Assembly (NCBI GenBank): GCA_964016885.1
Contig: OZ024741.1
Span: 356,438,001 to 356,502,000 of the forward strand
Source: Eledone cirrhosa
Lineage: Eukaryota
Direction: 5' to 3'
Length of the DNA: 64,000 nt
Part shown: positions 40,041 through 52,645 of the stretch, piece by piece
Layout: the number at the start of each line of letters is the position of its first letter
Position numbering within the stretch: position 1 is the stretch's first letter
Notes under the pieces: generated by a model
Database searches by the model: none
Seen by the model: the letters and a program-made list of their open reading frames with translations, nothing else
What the model was told of the DNA's origin: nothing
Made by a program: the position numbers and the translations under genes

Positions 40041-41130
40041 CAATGGGTTAATCCCAACTTCAAAAACAAGTTAAATATACATAACTGATTGTAGATATAT
40101 CATGCAAAGATATGCATAGATTTAAAAAATAAAAACAGCAACCAAAAAAAAAAAGAAAATCTGAAAATGTGAAAAGTAAAACCATGAAACATTAATGAAT
40201 ATATAAAAGGAAAAAAAAAATTGCAGACTTTTGCCTTTCAATGATATTTGTTTCATTGGAAGGACAGTGAATGACTCAAATGCTACCGCAATTTTATTAA
40301 AATGTCTTGTGGGTATTGAGTTGATTTTGCTTTTCCTCTAACTGATTATTCTTTATTCAACAAGCAAATGGTGTATATTAGATTATATAATGTTTATTAT
40401 TTCCAAAAGAAACAAATCAATAAAAATATTTTAGAAAGAAGGAAAAAAAGGGAGAAGACATGCACACTCAATTACAAATTACAATAGCGAATGCTGGTTT
40501 TGCCTTCTGAAAAATGTTTGTGGCAAGCCAAGACAATCACACGATTACTGCAAGTGATAGCAAGGCTGAGGCACTGGAATAGCTAAGCACCCTCATGAAC
40601 AACACCTGATACTTCAACAAGGCAAGTTGTCAGAGGCCCAGCTGCCCTTGAATGTCTAAAATACCACCTTTTTAGTTTTAAAAAATCCTGCTGAGGTACA
40701 CTTTGATCCCATCTTTATTGAAAACTAAATAAGTACCAGTCATGTACTGATTGATCTTAATGACAATCCCATTACCCCTTACATACACATACAAAATGTG
40801 GGACTTTGGGTCTAAGTTAAAGCTCATAATTATCGTTTGCTTTATCTTACTAATGGATTGGCTGTTTCAGAGTGTTGGACAAAATGCTTTGCAGTATTTA
40901 GTAACAGCCCTTTGCACTGTTCTGAGTTGAAATCAAACCAAGGTTAACTTTGCTTTCCATCCTTCCAAAGTCGATAAAATGAAGTGACGGTTCAGTATCA
41001 TGGTCAATTTAGTTGACTTTTCCATCCCTTCAAATTGCTATCTTGTACCTAAATTAGAAACCTATATTGTTAGCTTCACAAGAGAACTAAGGCACTTTGA
41101 AGGATTCTAAAGAGCATTATATAGAGAGAT

Positions 41131-41775
41131 GGAAAAGAATGAAACAAAATTTCATTTCTCACTCTTAGTACGGCTGATACCTAAATATAAGTATGTATAC
41201 GTACATACATATATGTGTGCAGACGTACAGTAGTATGTGTACAGACGTACAGTAGTATGTATATATACAGTAGTATGTATATATACAGTAGTATGTATGT
41301 ATATATACAGTAGTATGTATGTATATATATACAGTAGTATATATGTTCGTATACATACTTATATTTAGGTATCAGCCATACTAAGAGTAAGAAATGAAAT
41401 TTTGTTTCATTTTTTTTCATTTATCGTTTTCGGTACGCCCGGCTGACTAACTCACTCGATATGCAAATTAGACTGATCAGCCGTTAATGTGCATAAGGAA
41501 AGTATATACTTTCAGATGTTCAATCATCTGACAGAAAGGTATACGATGCTGACGATAGCTAATAAGCTTGAAACTAGTACATCGTTCCTGTGCAACGATG
41601 GTTGCCGAGCACTGTATGGCATAATTCGGGGTGTTTGTTTACAAACAAACTGAACATTATAATAAATGTTCGGTAAACCCATACGTACATATATATATGT
41701 GTGCATGTATGTATATATATACACATGTACTGTACGTCTGTACACATATATGTATGTACGTATACATACTTATAT
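41131..41775. repeat. Fold-back repeat with ~80-bp inverted arms around a TACAGTAGTATG tandem array
   Basis: 41133-41215 inverts 41340-41415 and 41190-41240 inverts 41727-41775. Homologous to 12958-13613. Confidence 0.7.
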
Positions 41776-41865
41776 ATATATATATATATATATACTCACA
41801 CACTCATACAAACATGCACATACACACACACATATATATATAATATACATTATGATAATACTCTC

Positions 41866-41932
<67 letters not shown>

Positions 41933-42067
41933 ATGTAAAAGACTCAAGCACTAATATTTGCATTATGATAGAGACAATCTTATTTGATGTGGAAAACAAA
42001 GTAGTCATTGGTGTCTGTTACACACATACATATGCACACACATACTCTCTCTCTCTCCATATATATA

Positions 42068-42141
42068 CAGGGTCTCCCAAAAGAATGTACACACATATTA
42101 GAATACTGTTGAAGTGTGTATACATGTTTGGGGACACCCTG
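42068..42141. mobile_element. Miniature Tc1/mariner MITE (~74 bp)
   Basis: CAGGGTCTCCCAAAAGAATGTACACAC / GTGTATACATGTTTGGGGACACCCTG. Confidence 0.65.
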
Positions 42142-43415
42142 TGTATATATATATATACACTCTCTCTCTCTCTCTCTCTCTCTCTATGTGGCTGAGTGGT
42201 TAGAGAATTGGGTTCGCAACTGTGAGGTTGTGAGTTCGATTCCCGGACCAGGCGATGCGTTATGTCCTTGAGCAAGACACTTCATTTCATGTTGCTCCTT
42301 CTACATGGAGTTGCGACCGATAGATAGTATTAGCAATTGGAAAGACCGATGGAAACATTGTTTCCTCGCTCCGATTTGACGAAAGTTGATCGACTGTCGA
42401 TATATATATATATACACCTATCTATCTATTCTTATAAATGTACCTGTTGCTATCTCTCTCATTTTTGCCAATATTTCCTTCACTAATCTTGTCTTTCAAT
42501 AAAGAAACTCTAGAAAATAATCCAACTATCATTAGTAATAAAAGAATACCAAATTCAAATTCAATATGTAAGACAATATGAAAATTATTATTCAAGTGTA
42601 ACCAGTATAAATATATGAAAGTAAAGTATTGTAAAAAAAAAAATGAATAAAATCTAAAGAAAATATCTTCAGTGTAACTTAATATTTATATTTTTATGTT
42701 TATTATTTCCAAAAGAAACAAATCAATAAAAATATTTTAGAAAGAAGGAAAAAAAGGGAGAAGACATGCACACTCAAACACATTTTACAAAATTGCATCT
42801 AAATATAATTTTGTCTTATTCATTAAAATCAAATTTCATTCACCAAGTGATTGCTATAAGTGTTTTGGTCCATTTTTAGTATATGTGTGTGTGTCTGCCT
42901 GTGTGTGTGTGTTTGTGTGTGCATGTGTGTATGTGTGTGTGTTTCATAGAAACAAGGAAAAATATATAAATCTAAATGGAATTATAGCTTTCCTTCTACA
43001 TCATATTATATATCATACATATATTTAAATTATGATGATATGTGTAAAGTGAGCATGGAAAAATAGATGATAAAATGATGATGATGATGATGATGATATA
43101 TTATATGTACATGAGTGTGTGTGTCTGCCTTTGTCTTTTTGTATCAACATTGCTTAACAACCGGTGCGGTTTGTTTATGTCCTGTAACTTAGCAATTTTT
43201 ACAAATGGAAATCAATATAAGTACTAGACTTAAAATATAAGAACTGGAATTGATATGAACTACTAAATCCTTGAAAGTAATGCCCCAGCATGGTCGCAGT
43301 CCAACGACTGAAACCAGTAAAAGAATAAAAGCATATATCTATCAATCAACCTCTAAATAAATTTATTGGTTTGTTTTCCTCAGGATCTCTCCCTCCCCTC
43401 TCTATGTATACATGC

Positions 43416-43479
<64 letters not shown>

Positions 43480-43693
43480 TAAATCATGTCCTTAGAATTA
43501 GAGATAAAATATATACCATTTACATGTATGTGTAAATCTTTATATATATATATATATATAGATATATATATATAGATAGAAATCTTCTTACTGTAGTAAG
43601 TCCTTTGGAATTTTTCAGATTTATTCACTCGACTAATCTACTAATTTAGACTTAATTACTTTCTTTATACTAATCATTCAAAGCAATAACTAT

Positions 43694-43758
<65 letters not shown>

Positions 43759-43776
43759 TATCTATTAGTGCAAATG

Positions 43777-43855
<79 letters not shown>

Positions 43856-44399
43856 TATCTATTAGTGCTAATGACATGATAAAAAAAACAAAAAACAACA
43901 GTACATTCTGTAAAGTGGTTATGTGTGGGAATAGCTTCCAGCCATAGAAACCAGGCCAAAATTGTGTCAAGAGGATACTTCAGGTGGATCAAGGAAATGG
44001 TAGCCTCTCTAGTGTAGGTGCTATGATAAAACACACTTGATACACTCTGTAGAGTACAGGAGCATATGTAAATGAGATGTACCCTCCCTCACAACCAGAC
44101 TGAATGATCAGTGACACTGGCTAAGTACTGACTTGCTAGCAGGGAAAAAGGATATTATATAATGATGATGATGATATATATATATATATATTTATTGATT
44201 TATTTGTATGAAGTTATCAACATATTCCTGATGATTTCATTCAAATGAAACAGTTCTAGCCATGTAGCAGTCCTTAGTAAAAGAGGTATATGTCTTAAAA
44301 GAAGAGGGATATTTGAAAAAAAATTGGCATGATTACTCTTGAAACTCTTCTTGACACATCTACTTAATGAATCGACTGTTATCATTGATGACTGCTTCA

Positions 44400-45300
44400 A
44401 AACGATGTCTGAACCATTGGCATCCCCGAATCAGATGATCTTTATCTATTTTAGACATTGTGTTAGTTATGGTGGACATCAGAGATTGTATAGTGACTTC
44501 CCTCTTGACTATACCCAATATGTAGTAGTCCAACAGATTCAGGTCTGGAAAGCTAGGAGGATGACATGCTGATGTAAATCATCCATTCTTGGGTCATCTT
44601 GGCCTTATGAGACTGTGCAGAGTTTTTCGTTAGATGTATGGCCTTCCTTTGCTCATGCTTCTATCCAAGGTACAACAACTCTCTCCAACACCTTACAGTC
44701 AGCTGCATTGACCCTTAAGCCCTGAGGAAAGAAGTGAGGAGACATGATATCTTCTTTGTTGTGCACGACTCCCAAAACCATCTCAGATGCCAAAAACTCT
44801 GTGTGCATGACTGTTGGAACACATTTTTGCATAACCATCTGTTATTTCTTTGGATGATCTTTTGGAACTGATCAAAGTTTTTCTCATCAGAAAAAAAATC
44901 CCAAAGCATTCCAGGCTCTTGATGATTCAACTTGCCCAAGAAGTGCTTTGTGTGGATCAGATAGTTATCTTTTGTCAGAAGAGAATTGGCCTCTTTACAT
45001 TAAATATGACTTGTATTGAGGGTTCTCATGCACAATTCTTCTGATGGTGTGCATTTAAATTGTGGCACAAATTGACCGCACCTTTTGTACAAATTTGGGT
45101 GTTCTGGTGGTATCAGGACCCTTAGCAGGCATTTTACATTTGGCTGCTGCTGTGGAATCCCCATTAGTGGCTTCCAGCTCTTTTCAAAATTTGACAACAA
45201 AAAAAATCACTCAACTTTCAGGAAGCAAAAATCTCTAAATCACTATGCTCTGCCTTTAAGGCAACAATTACAGTGTGCCTTTTCATTTGCTGAGTTAACT
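44400..45300 (-). pseudogene. Tc1/mariner-superfamily (maT/DD37D-like) transposase remnant
   Basis: FFSDEKNF, RNNRW, MVLGVV..PHFFPQGLRVNA..VLERVVVPW and a degenerate P..PDLN..DYY motif, spread over frameshifted ORFs. Confidence 0.75.
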
Positions 45301-45830
45301 TGATGTCTGTCATCATTTATCTGAAAAAGGGATAATCAGAACAAGTTAGAAAAAAGTTACTTATTAAAAAAATGTTTCTGCAAAGAACTGAGCAACCTTG
45401 TATATAAAATATATATGCTTCTTCCCTACTAATGTATTGAGTACCTTATTTAACTGTGTTTTCTTTTTTGATTCCCTTCTGAAAACCATACTAAATTATA
45501 TATATATATATATATATATACTTAAGAAAATTAACAAAGAGAAGACAAACAACAAATGGAAACAAAACAAAACAAAAATCAACTTTTTAAGGGGAAACCT
45601 TGAAAAATTATTAAAAAAATAATAAAAATACAAACGAAGGACACAGAACTCATTGGCTATTGAGATGGACTTTGGCAGTTTTGACACCTACCAACGTACT
45701 GCTGGTCCACTTGGGGTCACAGCGTCTGACATGAGCCAAACGCTGTCCAGTGGAGTAACAGACGAGAGACAAAACATTAATTTATAACAAACCTTGCAAG
45801 CAGGGAAAAGCGAACGTAAAATGATGATGA

Positions 45831-45865
<35 letters not shown>

Positions 45866-46004
45866 GGTTTGTTGGTTCACCACTGGATAGAACTGGTCAT
45901 TCCGAATAAACCTTTCAAGGATTTACACCAGTCCAGCCTCCTGTTATTTTATAATATATATATAAGTGTGTACTGTTATTTTATAATATATATATAAGTG
46001 TGTA

Positions 46005-48172
46005 CTTAATGATGACGGCGTACTTGCCATCACCGACGCTGATAAGAAGGTAGCTTGGAAGTGTCACTATGAAAGGCTACTAAATGAGGAGAATAAATGG
46101 GAGAAAGACAGTCTCCCCCACATCGACCAAATAGAGGGACCAGCAGTGTTAGTCGAGGGTAGTATAATAAGTAAGGCAATCAAGGATATGAAGACGGGTA
46201 AGGCGGCTGGGCCTTCGGAAATAGTTGCTGAGATGCTGAAGGCATCTGGCACGGTGGGACACACCATGGTCACCCGGATAGTTAACCAAGTCGTACAGAA
46301 TGGGGTTGTTCCGAAGGACTGGCGTAGCAGCATCATCGTTAACTGTTATAAGGGTAAAGGAGATGCCCTAGATAGGAGTAACTATAGAGGCATTAAATTA
46401 ATCGACCAGGTCATGAAGGTCACGGAAAAAGTAATAGCGCAACTAATCAGAGAGAGAATTGACCTCGATGAAATGCAGTTCGGGTTTGTTTCAGGCAAAA
46501 GTACCACAGACGCTCTTTTCATTGTACGACAACTACAGGAGCAGTACCTAGCTAAAAGTAAACCCCTATACTTAGCTTTTGTCGACTTGGAGAAAGCCTT
46601 CGACAGAGTCCCCCGTTCCATTATCTGGTGGGCTCTTAGAAAACTAGGTGTTGACGAATGGCTTGTGAGAGCTATACAAGCCATGTATAAAGAAACAGCC
46701 AGCAAGGTTAGAATTAACAACGAATATAGTGAAGAGTTTAGCGTAAAAGTTGGCGTCCATCAGGGCTCTGTTCTCAGCCCCCTACTATTTATTATTGCCC
46801 TTCAGGCTATAACAGAGGAGTTCAAGACCGGCTGCCCATGGGAACTCCTATACGCAGATGACCTAACACTCATAGCTGAATCAATGGCCGAGCTAGAGAA
46901 GAAATTCCAAACATGGAAGCACGGCCTAGAATCAAAAGGACTTAAAATTAACCTGGCTAAGAGCAAAGTTCTAGTTTGTAGGAAAGAAAATAAGGCGGCA
47001 GTCCCTTCCGGGAAGTGGCCATGCTCAGTGTGTAGGAAAGGCGTAGGTAGAAACTCCATTTTGTGTCCGAAATGCAAAGTATGGGTGCATAAAAGATGTA
47101 GTAGGGTCACAGGTAAGCTAACTAAGAACATAGATTTTACATGTGGCCGGTGCTCTGGTGCAATAAGTAGCAGCAAGTGCCCATTGAATACTAGCTCTTT
47201 CAATTGCGCAGAGGGCTCTATAGAAATAGTGGACAGCTTCCGTTACCTGGGTGACAAAATCAGCAGTGGGGGAGGGTGCTCTGAAAGTACAGTAGCTAGA
47301 GTCAGAACTGGATGGAAAAAGTTCAGAGAGCTTATACCACTATTAGTCGCTAAAGGGTTCTCCCTAAAAATGAAAGGCAGGTTGTATGATGCCTGCATAC
47401 GAACAGCAATGTTGCATGGCAGTGAGACCTGGGCATTGTGTGCAGAGGATATATGCAGACTAGAGAGGAACGAAGCTTGCATGCTCCGCTGGATGTGTAA
47501 TAGTAATATACGTGAACGGCAAAGCATAAACGAACTAAGGAAAAAATTAGAAATAAGAGGGATCAGATGTTGTTTACTTGAGAGAAGGCTACGTTGGTAT
47601 GGTCAGGTGATGCGCATGAAAGACGATAGCTGTATAACAAAGTGCAGGGCAATAAAGATAGACGGTAGCCACGGAGTAGGCAGACCCAGAAAAACCTGGG
47701 ACGAGCTGATAAATTCCGACCTCACACACTTACACCTCTCCAAGACAATGTCACTGGACCGAGACCTATGGCGGTACTCAGTAATAGAGAAGACCCGCCT
47801 TACCTAAATACAAAGTAAATCCTACTACAGTCAGTAGGCATCTCTAACAAAATAACCCCCACACCGCCCCTTTCAATGTAAAGTTATGTTGGTGCCACAA
47901 CATCCAGGCCGAAACAAATGAGATCATGTAGGTGTCACGACAAAAAAAACACACAGTCCACGCTGTAATGTGGCCGTGTAGGCAACACGGTAAAAACCTC
48001 CCAGCCCCCACACTGTAAATGTGGTTGGTGTTAGGAAGGGCATCCAGCTGTAGAAAACCCGCCAGACAGTCCTATGCGAGCAAGACAATCACTCTTGCCT
48101 CAAGTGGGAAAACCCCCGTCCAAACCCATGCAAGCGTGGAACACAGACGTTAAACGTTGATGATGATGATGA

Positions 48173-48176
<4 letters not shown>
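46005..48176 (+). mobile_element. 5'-truncated RTE family A LINE with uninterrupted frame and (GAT)n tail
   Basis: Frame is open from ~46005 to 47807, followed by the 3'UTR and a (GAT)n tail abutting (TA)n. No APE endonuclease part is present. Confidence 0.95.
46146..47807 (+). CDS. RTE reverse transcriptase (truncated ORF) with internal PHD finger
   Basis: All RT motifs are intact, with a C4HC3 insert at 47022-47153 between YADD and FRYLG. Confidence 0.9.
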   Translation: MLVEGSIISKAIKDMKTGKAAGPSEIVAEMLKASGTVGHTMVTRIVNQVVQNGVVPKDWRSSIIVNCYKGKGDALDRSNYRGIKLIDQVMKVTEKVIAQLIRERIDLDEMQFGFVSGKSTTDALFIVRQLQEQYLAKSKPLYLAFVDLEKAFDRVPRSIIWWALRKLGVDEWLVRAIQAMYKETASKVRINNEYSEEFSVKVGVHQGSVLSPLLFIIALQAITEEFKTGCPWELLYADDLTLIAESMAELEKKFQTWKHGLESKGLKINLAKSKVLVCRKENKAAVPSGKWPCSVCRKGVGRNSILCPKCKVWVHKRCSRVTGKLTKNIDFTCGRCSGAISSSKCPLNTSSFNCAEGSIEIVDSFRYLGDKISSGGGCSESTVARVRTGWKKFRELIPLLVAKGFSLKMKGRLYDACIRTAMLHGSETWALCAEDICRLERNEACMLRWMCNSNIRERQSINELRKKLEIRGIRCCLLERRLRWYGQVMRMKDDSCITKCRAIKIDGSHGVGRPRKTWDELINSDLTHLHLSKTMSLDRDLWRYSVIEKTRLT

Positions 48177-48213
<37 letters not shown>

Positions 48214-48265
48214 CAAATGAATGAATGAAGGAGTTCCAAGCCGTTAAAACAAGTTCTTTATATAG

Positions 48266-48304
48266 CTCTTACACATGTTTCGCCCACACGGGCTCGTCAG
48301 AGAA
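48266..48304 (-). ncRNA. Minimal type I hammerhead ribozyme in an orphan PLE-like tail
   Basis: TTCT-CTGACGA-GCCC gtgt GGGC-GAAA-CATGTG-TA-AGAG. Canonical core, 4-bp stem II, palindromic ACATGT stem III and GUA cleavage triplet. Confidence 0.85.
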
Positions 48305-48335
48305 ATAATTGATTATATAATGTTATACCCTATTA

Positions 48336-48978
48336 TCTATATATATAAAACAGAGGATGTCTGTCTGTGTGTGTGTGTCTGTGAGTTCGAATCCCTAAAA
48401 CTCGAGAAGTACCGAACCGATTTTTGTCAAACTTTACATGTGTATTACTTATGTTTCAGGGAGTGTTATGCACATAAAATTCAACTTTTTGATTCCTAGG
48501 GCCCGCATTAGGTGAAAAACTGCGTTTTTTTCAGCCTCTAAGGGTTGTTTTGAGGCGTTACGTCAGACCGATGTCCTTGAAATTGTAACTATGTATTAGT
48601 CAGTCTCTTCTTCATACCGTGAGCAAAGAAAATCCAACTTTTTTTATGGCCTAGGGCCCGCTTTAGGTGAAAAGCTTCATTTTTTCAGGTTTTTAGGGCT
48701 TTTTTGAGGCGTCATATCTAGCCGATTTTCCCAAAATTTCAAGGCATATTATGCACATAAAAAAATTCATTTTCTTGATCCTCTAGGGCCCACATTAGGT
48801 GAAAACCGGCATTTTTCCTGCTTCATTGAGGAGAATCTTAATGATTATCCAGCCATCAGAGTATTCGTTTTTTTTTCTTTACATATTGTCCAGGCATGCA
48901 GTTTATTCACGATTAGGTCTGTTGGCGTCCCGCGTTCCAAAATACATTATCCCGTGCAACGCAGGGTACCACTGCTAG
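48336..48978 (+). mobile_element. Non-autonomous Helitron
   Basis: Inserted at A|T. 5' TC, (TG)n near the 5' end, three internal CTAGGGCCC..TAGGTGAAAA repeats, a 3' hairpin CCCGTGCAACGCAGGG and terminal CTAG. Confidence 0.85.
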
Positions 48979-49026
<48 letters not shown>

Positions 49027-49034
49027 CTAGCAGT

Positions 49035-49093
<59 letters not shown>

Positions 49094-49097
49094 ACAT

Positions 49098-49248
49098 ATC
49101 ATCATCATCATCATCATCAACGTTTAACGTCCGTGTTCCACGCTTGCATGGGTTTGGACGGGGGTAGTCCCACTTGAGGCAAGAGTGATTGTCTTGCTCG
49201 CATAGGACTGTCTGGCAGGTTTTCTACAGTTGGATGCCCTTCCTAACC
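49098..49248 (-). mobile_element. RTE family A 3' tail fragment
   Basis: Reverse complement of the family A 3'UTR end, nearly identical to 1866-2013. Confidence 0.85.
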
Positions 49249-49559
49249 ATATATATATATGTATATACCTGACAATCTTCTTCACACATTCATGACTTAA
49301 CTAATGTACATTTAATTATATATGTATATTGTCTTTGTTATGTAATTTCAAGTAAATTCTGTTTTGCTTTCATCTTGCAAAATACTCCATGACAGCATTT
49401 GACTATTGTGTTAGACATTGTGACTCTGGACCAGCAGTCATGTCAGTAGAGGTTGAAACTATGTACACCCATTTCAACAGCGGATGACTATGGAGTTCTT
49501 GTACCTGTTACCAATTTTGTTTTATATGTATTTATAGATACATAATCATCACCATTTTT

Positions 49560-50205
49560 CATCATCATCATCATTTTATGTCCGCTTTTCCCTGCTTGCA
49601 AGGGTGGGACAGGTCCTATTCAGCACAGCATCTCTCCACTTGTCACGGTCCTTCGTCATCTCCACCGTGAGCTTCAGCGATCTGAGGTCTGCTCTAACCA
49701 CCTCCGCCCATGTTTTTCGTGGTCTACCTCTACCACATCTTCCTTCAACTGGCATTTCCTGGCACTTCTTCACCCATCAATCATCCTCCATGCGCATCAC
49801 ATGTCCATACCATCGCAGTCTCCTCTCTCGCACACTACAATCTATCCCTCTCAGACACAGTTTCTCTCTGAACACATCCATGCTCAGTCGTTCATGCACA
49901 TTGACATTGCACATCCAACGGAACATGTTTGCCTCATTTCTCTCCAGCCGTTGCATATCCTCTGCAGTTGCTACCCATGTCTCACTACCATGCAGCATCA
50001 CGCTCCTCACACAGGCATCATATAACCGGCCTTTCGTACGCAGGCAGAAACCCTTCTTCGTCAGCAGAGGAAGCAGCTCCCTAAACTTCTTCCAACCCGT
50101 CCTTATTCTAGATACTATGGCCTCGGAACACCTCCCTCCCATGCTAATCTAATCTCCTAGGTACCGGAAGCTATCAACCACTTCTATAGCACCCACCCGC
50201 ATTTG
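49560..50205 (-). mobile_element. RTE family C 3' fragment with very short 3'UTR
   Basis: ORFs 49777-50142 and 49576-49773 (RLRWYGHV, RGRPRKTW, DRDKWR) followed directly by (GAT)n. Confidence 0.85.
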
Positions 50206-50439
50206 AAAAATGTGTCTATCAATGCGATAAATACATATATATATACATATATATATGTGTGTGTAAAAATAGAAGTCAGGTGTAGGTAGATAATAGTTAA
50301 TTTATTGTTTTACGATCATTTCAGAGGGTCGATTGATCAATGGTGATCGATGTATCGACTAGCATGGTAATGGTTAAGTTACTACCTATTTCTAGTCTCG
50401 ATATATATGTGTATATATATATATATATATAAGTATGTT

Positions 50440-52645
50440 TTGAAACAGTGAGCAGGTTTGAAATTAGAAAATAGAATAGCTTTCACCATTCAAGCATGTT
50501 TTGCAGCGTGAGGACCAGAAACAGGTGTTCAAGATTGCGAGGCAGTGTGTCAGAGAGAATTGTGATGTCATTGGAATGATAAAGGTGAGCTTGCCCTCAC
50601 AAGTGCTGAGAAGAAAGATGCATGGAAGAGCCATTATGATAGATTACTAAATGAGGAGAATGCATGGGAAGAAGAGACCCTACCCCAAGTAGACCCTATA
50701 GAGGGGGCAGCAGTAGCGTAGTAAGTAAGGCAATCAAAGATATGAAGATGGGGAAGGCAACCGATCCATCGGGTATAGCTGCCGAGATGCTGAAGGCATC
50801 TGGGTCTGTAGGTCACACTATAACCACACGTATTGTTAACCAGGTAATACTAGAAAGTGTCATACCAAAAGATTGGTGCAGTAGCATCATTGTCAACTGC
50901 TACAAAGGTAAAGGTGATGCACTAGATAGAGGAAACTGTAGAGGTATAAAGCTGATGGACCAGATCCTGAAAGTAACAGAAAGAGTTATAGCACAGTTGA
51001 TTAGGGACCGGGTGAAACTAGATGAGATGCAATTTGGGTTTGTACCAGGAAGAGGCACCACTGATGCCCTCTTCCTTGTCAGGCAGTTACAGGAAAAGTA
51101 CCTAGCTAAAAGTAAGCCACTCTACCTGGCGTTCGTCGATCTTGAGAAAGCCTTTGTCAGAGTTCCACGTGCTATAATCTGGTGGGCTCTTAGAAAACTA
51201 GGAGTAGATGAATGACTTGCGAAAGCTGTACAAGCCATGTATAGGGGAGCAGTCAGCAAAGTTAGGATTAGCAATGAGTATAATGAGGAATTTAGCGTAC
51301 AGGTTGGTGTCCACCAGGGCTCTGTTCTTAGCCCTCTCCTGTTCATCATAGTCCTGCAGGCAATAACGGAGGAGTTTAAGACCGGATGCCCATGGGAACT
51401 CCTGTATGCAGATGGCCTCGCACTTATAGCTGAATATATGGTAGAACTAGAGAAGAAATTCCAAACTTGGAAGCAGGGACTAGAAAGAAAGGGTCTCAAA
51501 GTCAACATGACAAAGACTAAGGTCTTTGTAAATAGACGAGAAAACAGAACCCAGATCCCCTCAGGGAAATGGCCTTGCTCAGTATGTAGGAAAGGTGTAG
51601 GTAGGAACTCCATTCTCTGCCCCAAATCAAACAATGGGTACACAAGAGATGTAGTGGGATCTCAGGAAGCTTAATTAAGAATGTAGGCTTCACATGTAGC
51701 AGCTGGGCTGGGACAGCAAGCAGCAAACAGCCACAGGAAACAAGTACCACCAATCTATGGGAGGGCTCTGTAGAAACAGTAGACAGCTTCTGCTACCTAG
51801 GTGACCGAATTAGCAGCAGAGGTGGGTGTTCAGAAAGTACAATAACTAGGGTAAGAATGGGATGGAAGAAGTTCAGGGAACTACTGCCACTGCTAGTTGC
51901 AAAAGGCTTCTCCCTCAAAATAAAAGGCAGACTGTATGATGCGTGTATCCGAACAGCAATGTTACATGGTAGTGAGACCTGGGCGCTGAAGGTGGAAGAC
52001 TTACGTAGATTAGAAAGAAACGAAGCCTGCATGCTCCAATGGATGTGTAATAGTAATATACGCAAACGGCAAAGCATAAATGAATTGAGAGAGAGACTGA
52101 GCATAAGAGGAATCAAATGCTGTGTGCAGGAGAGGCGGTTGCTTTGGTATGGACATGTGATGCGTATGAAGGATGACAGCTGCATAAAAAGGTGCAGAGC
52201 ACTAGAAGTCAATGGAAACCGCGGAGTGGCGAAACCCAAGAAAACCTGGGATGAGGTGATAAAAGCCGACCTTACCCAATTACACCTCTCAAAGGCGATG
52301 ACACACGACTGTGAACTCTGGCGTCACGCAGTAATACAGAGTACCCGACCTCCCATGGGTACAAGCTGAAGCATATAGACAATATGCCCCACATCCTCCC
52401 ACTGCAAAGTGGTCGTGGAGGTGCCACGGCAAAAAAGCACCCAGCCCACACTGTAAAGTGGACGTGTAGGCGCCACGGAAAAAAGCACCCAGCACTCACT
52501 GTAAATGAGGTTGGTGTTAGTAAGGGTATCCAGCTGTAGAAATCAAGCCAAAATCAGTTCCTGTATGAGTAAGGCATGGTCAGCCGACCAGACACTGCCC
52601 ACAACAGAACAACCCGTCTAACCCATGCTAGCATGGAAGAAACGA
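50440..52645 (+). mobile_element. Degraded RTE family B LINE (also PHD-in-RT)
   Basis: ORFs 50664-51215, 51237-51674 and 51857-52369 with stops and frameshifts. WPCSVCRKGVGRNSILCPK is retained. Confidence 0.9.

Noticed and set aside
38029-40088. Numerous YI/YM-rich ORFs
   Set aside because: Translations of (TA)n microsatellites.
40485-40660. GC-richer island that looks exonic
   Set aside because: Stops in the frames tested from the plausible splice sites, and no recognisable peptide.
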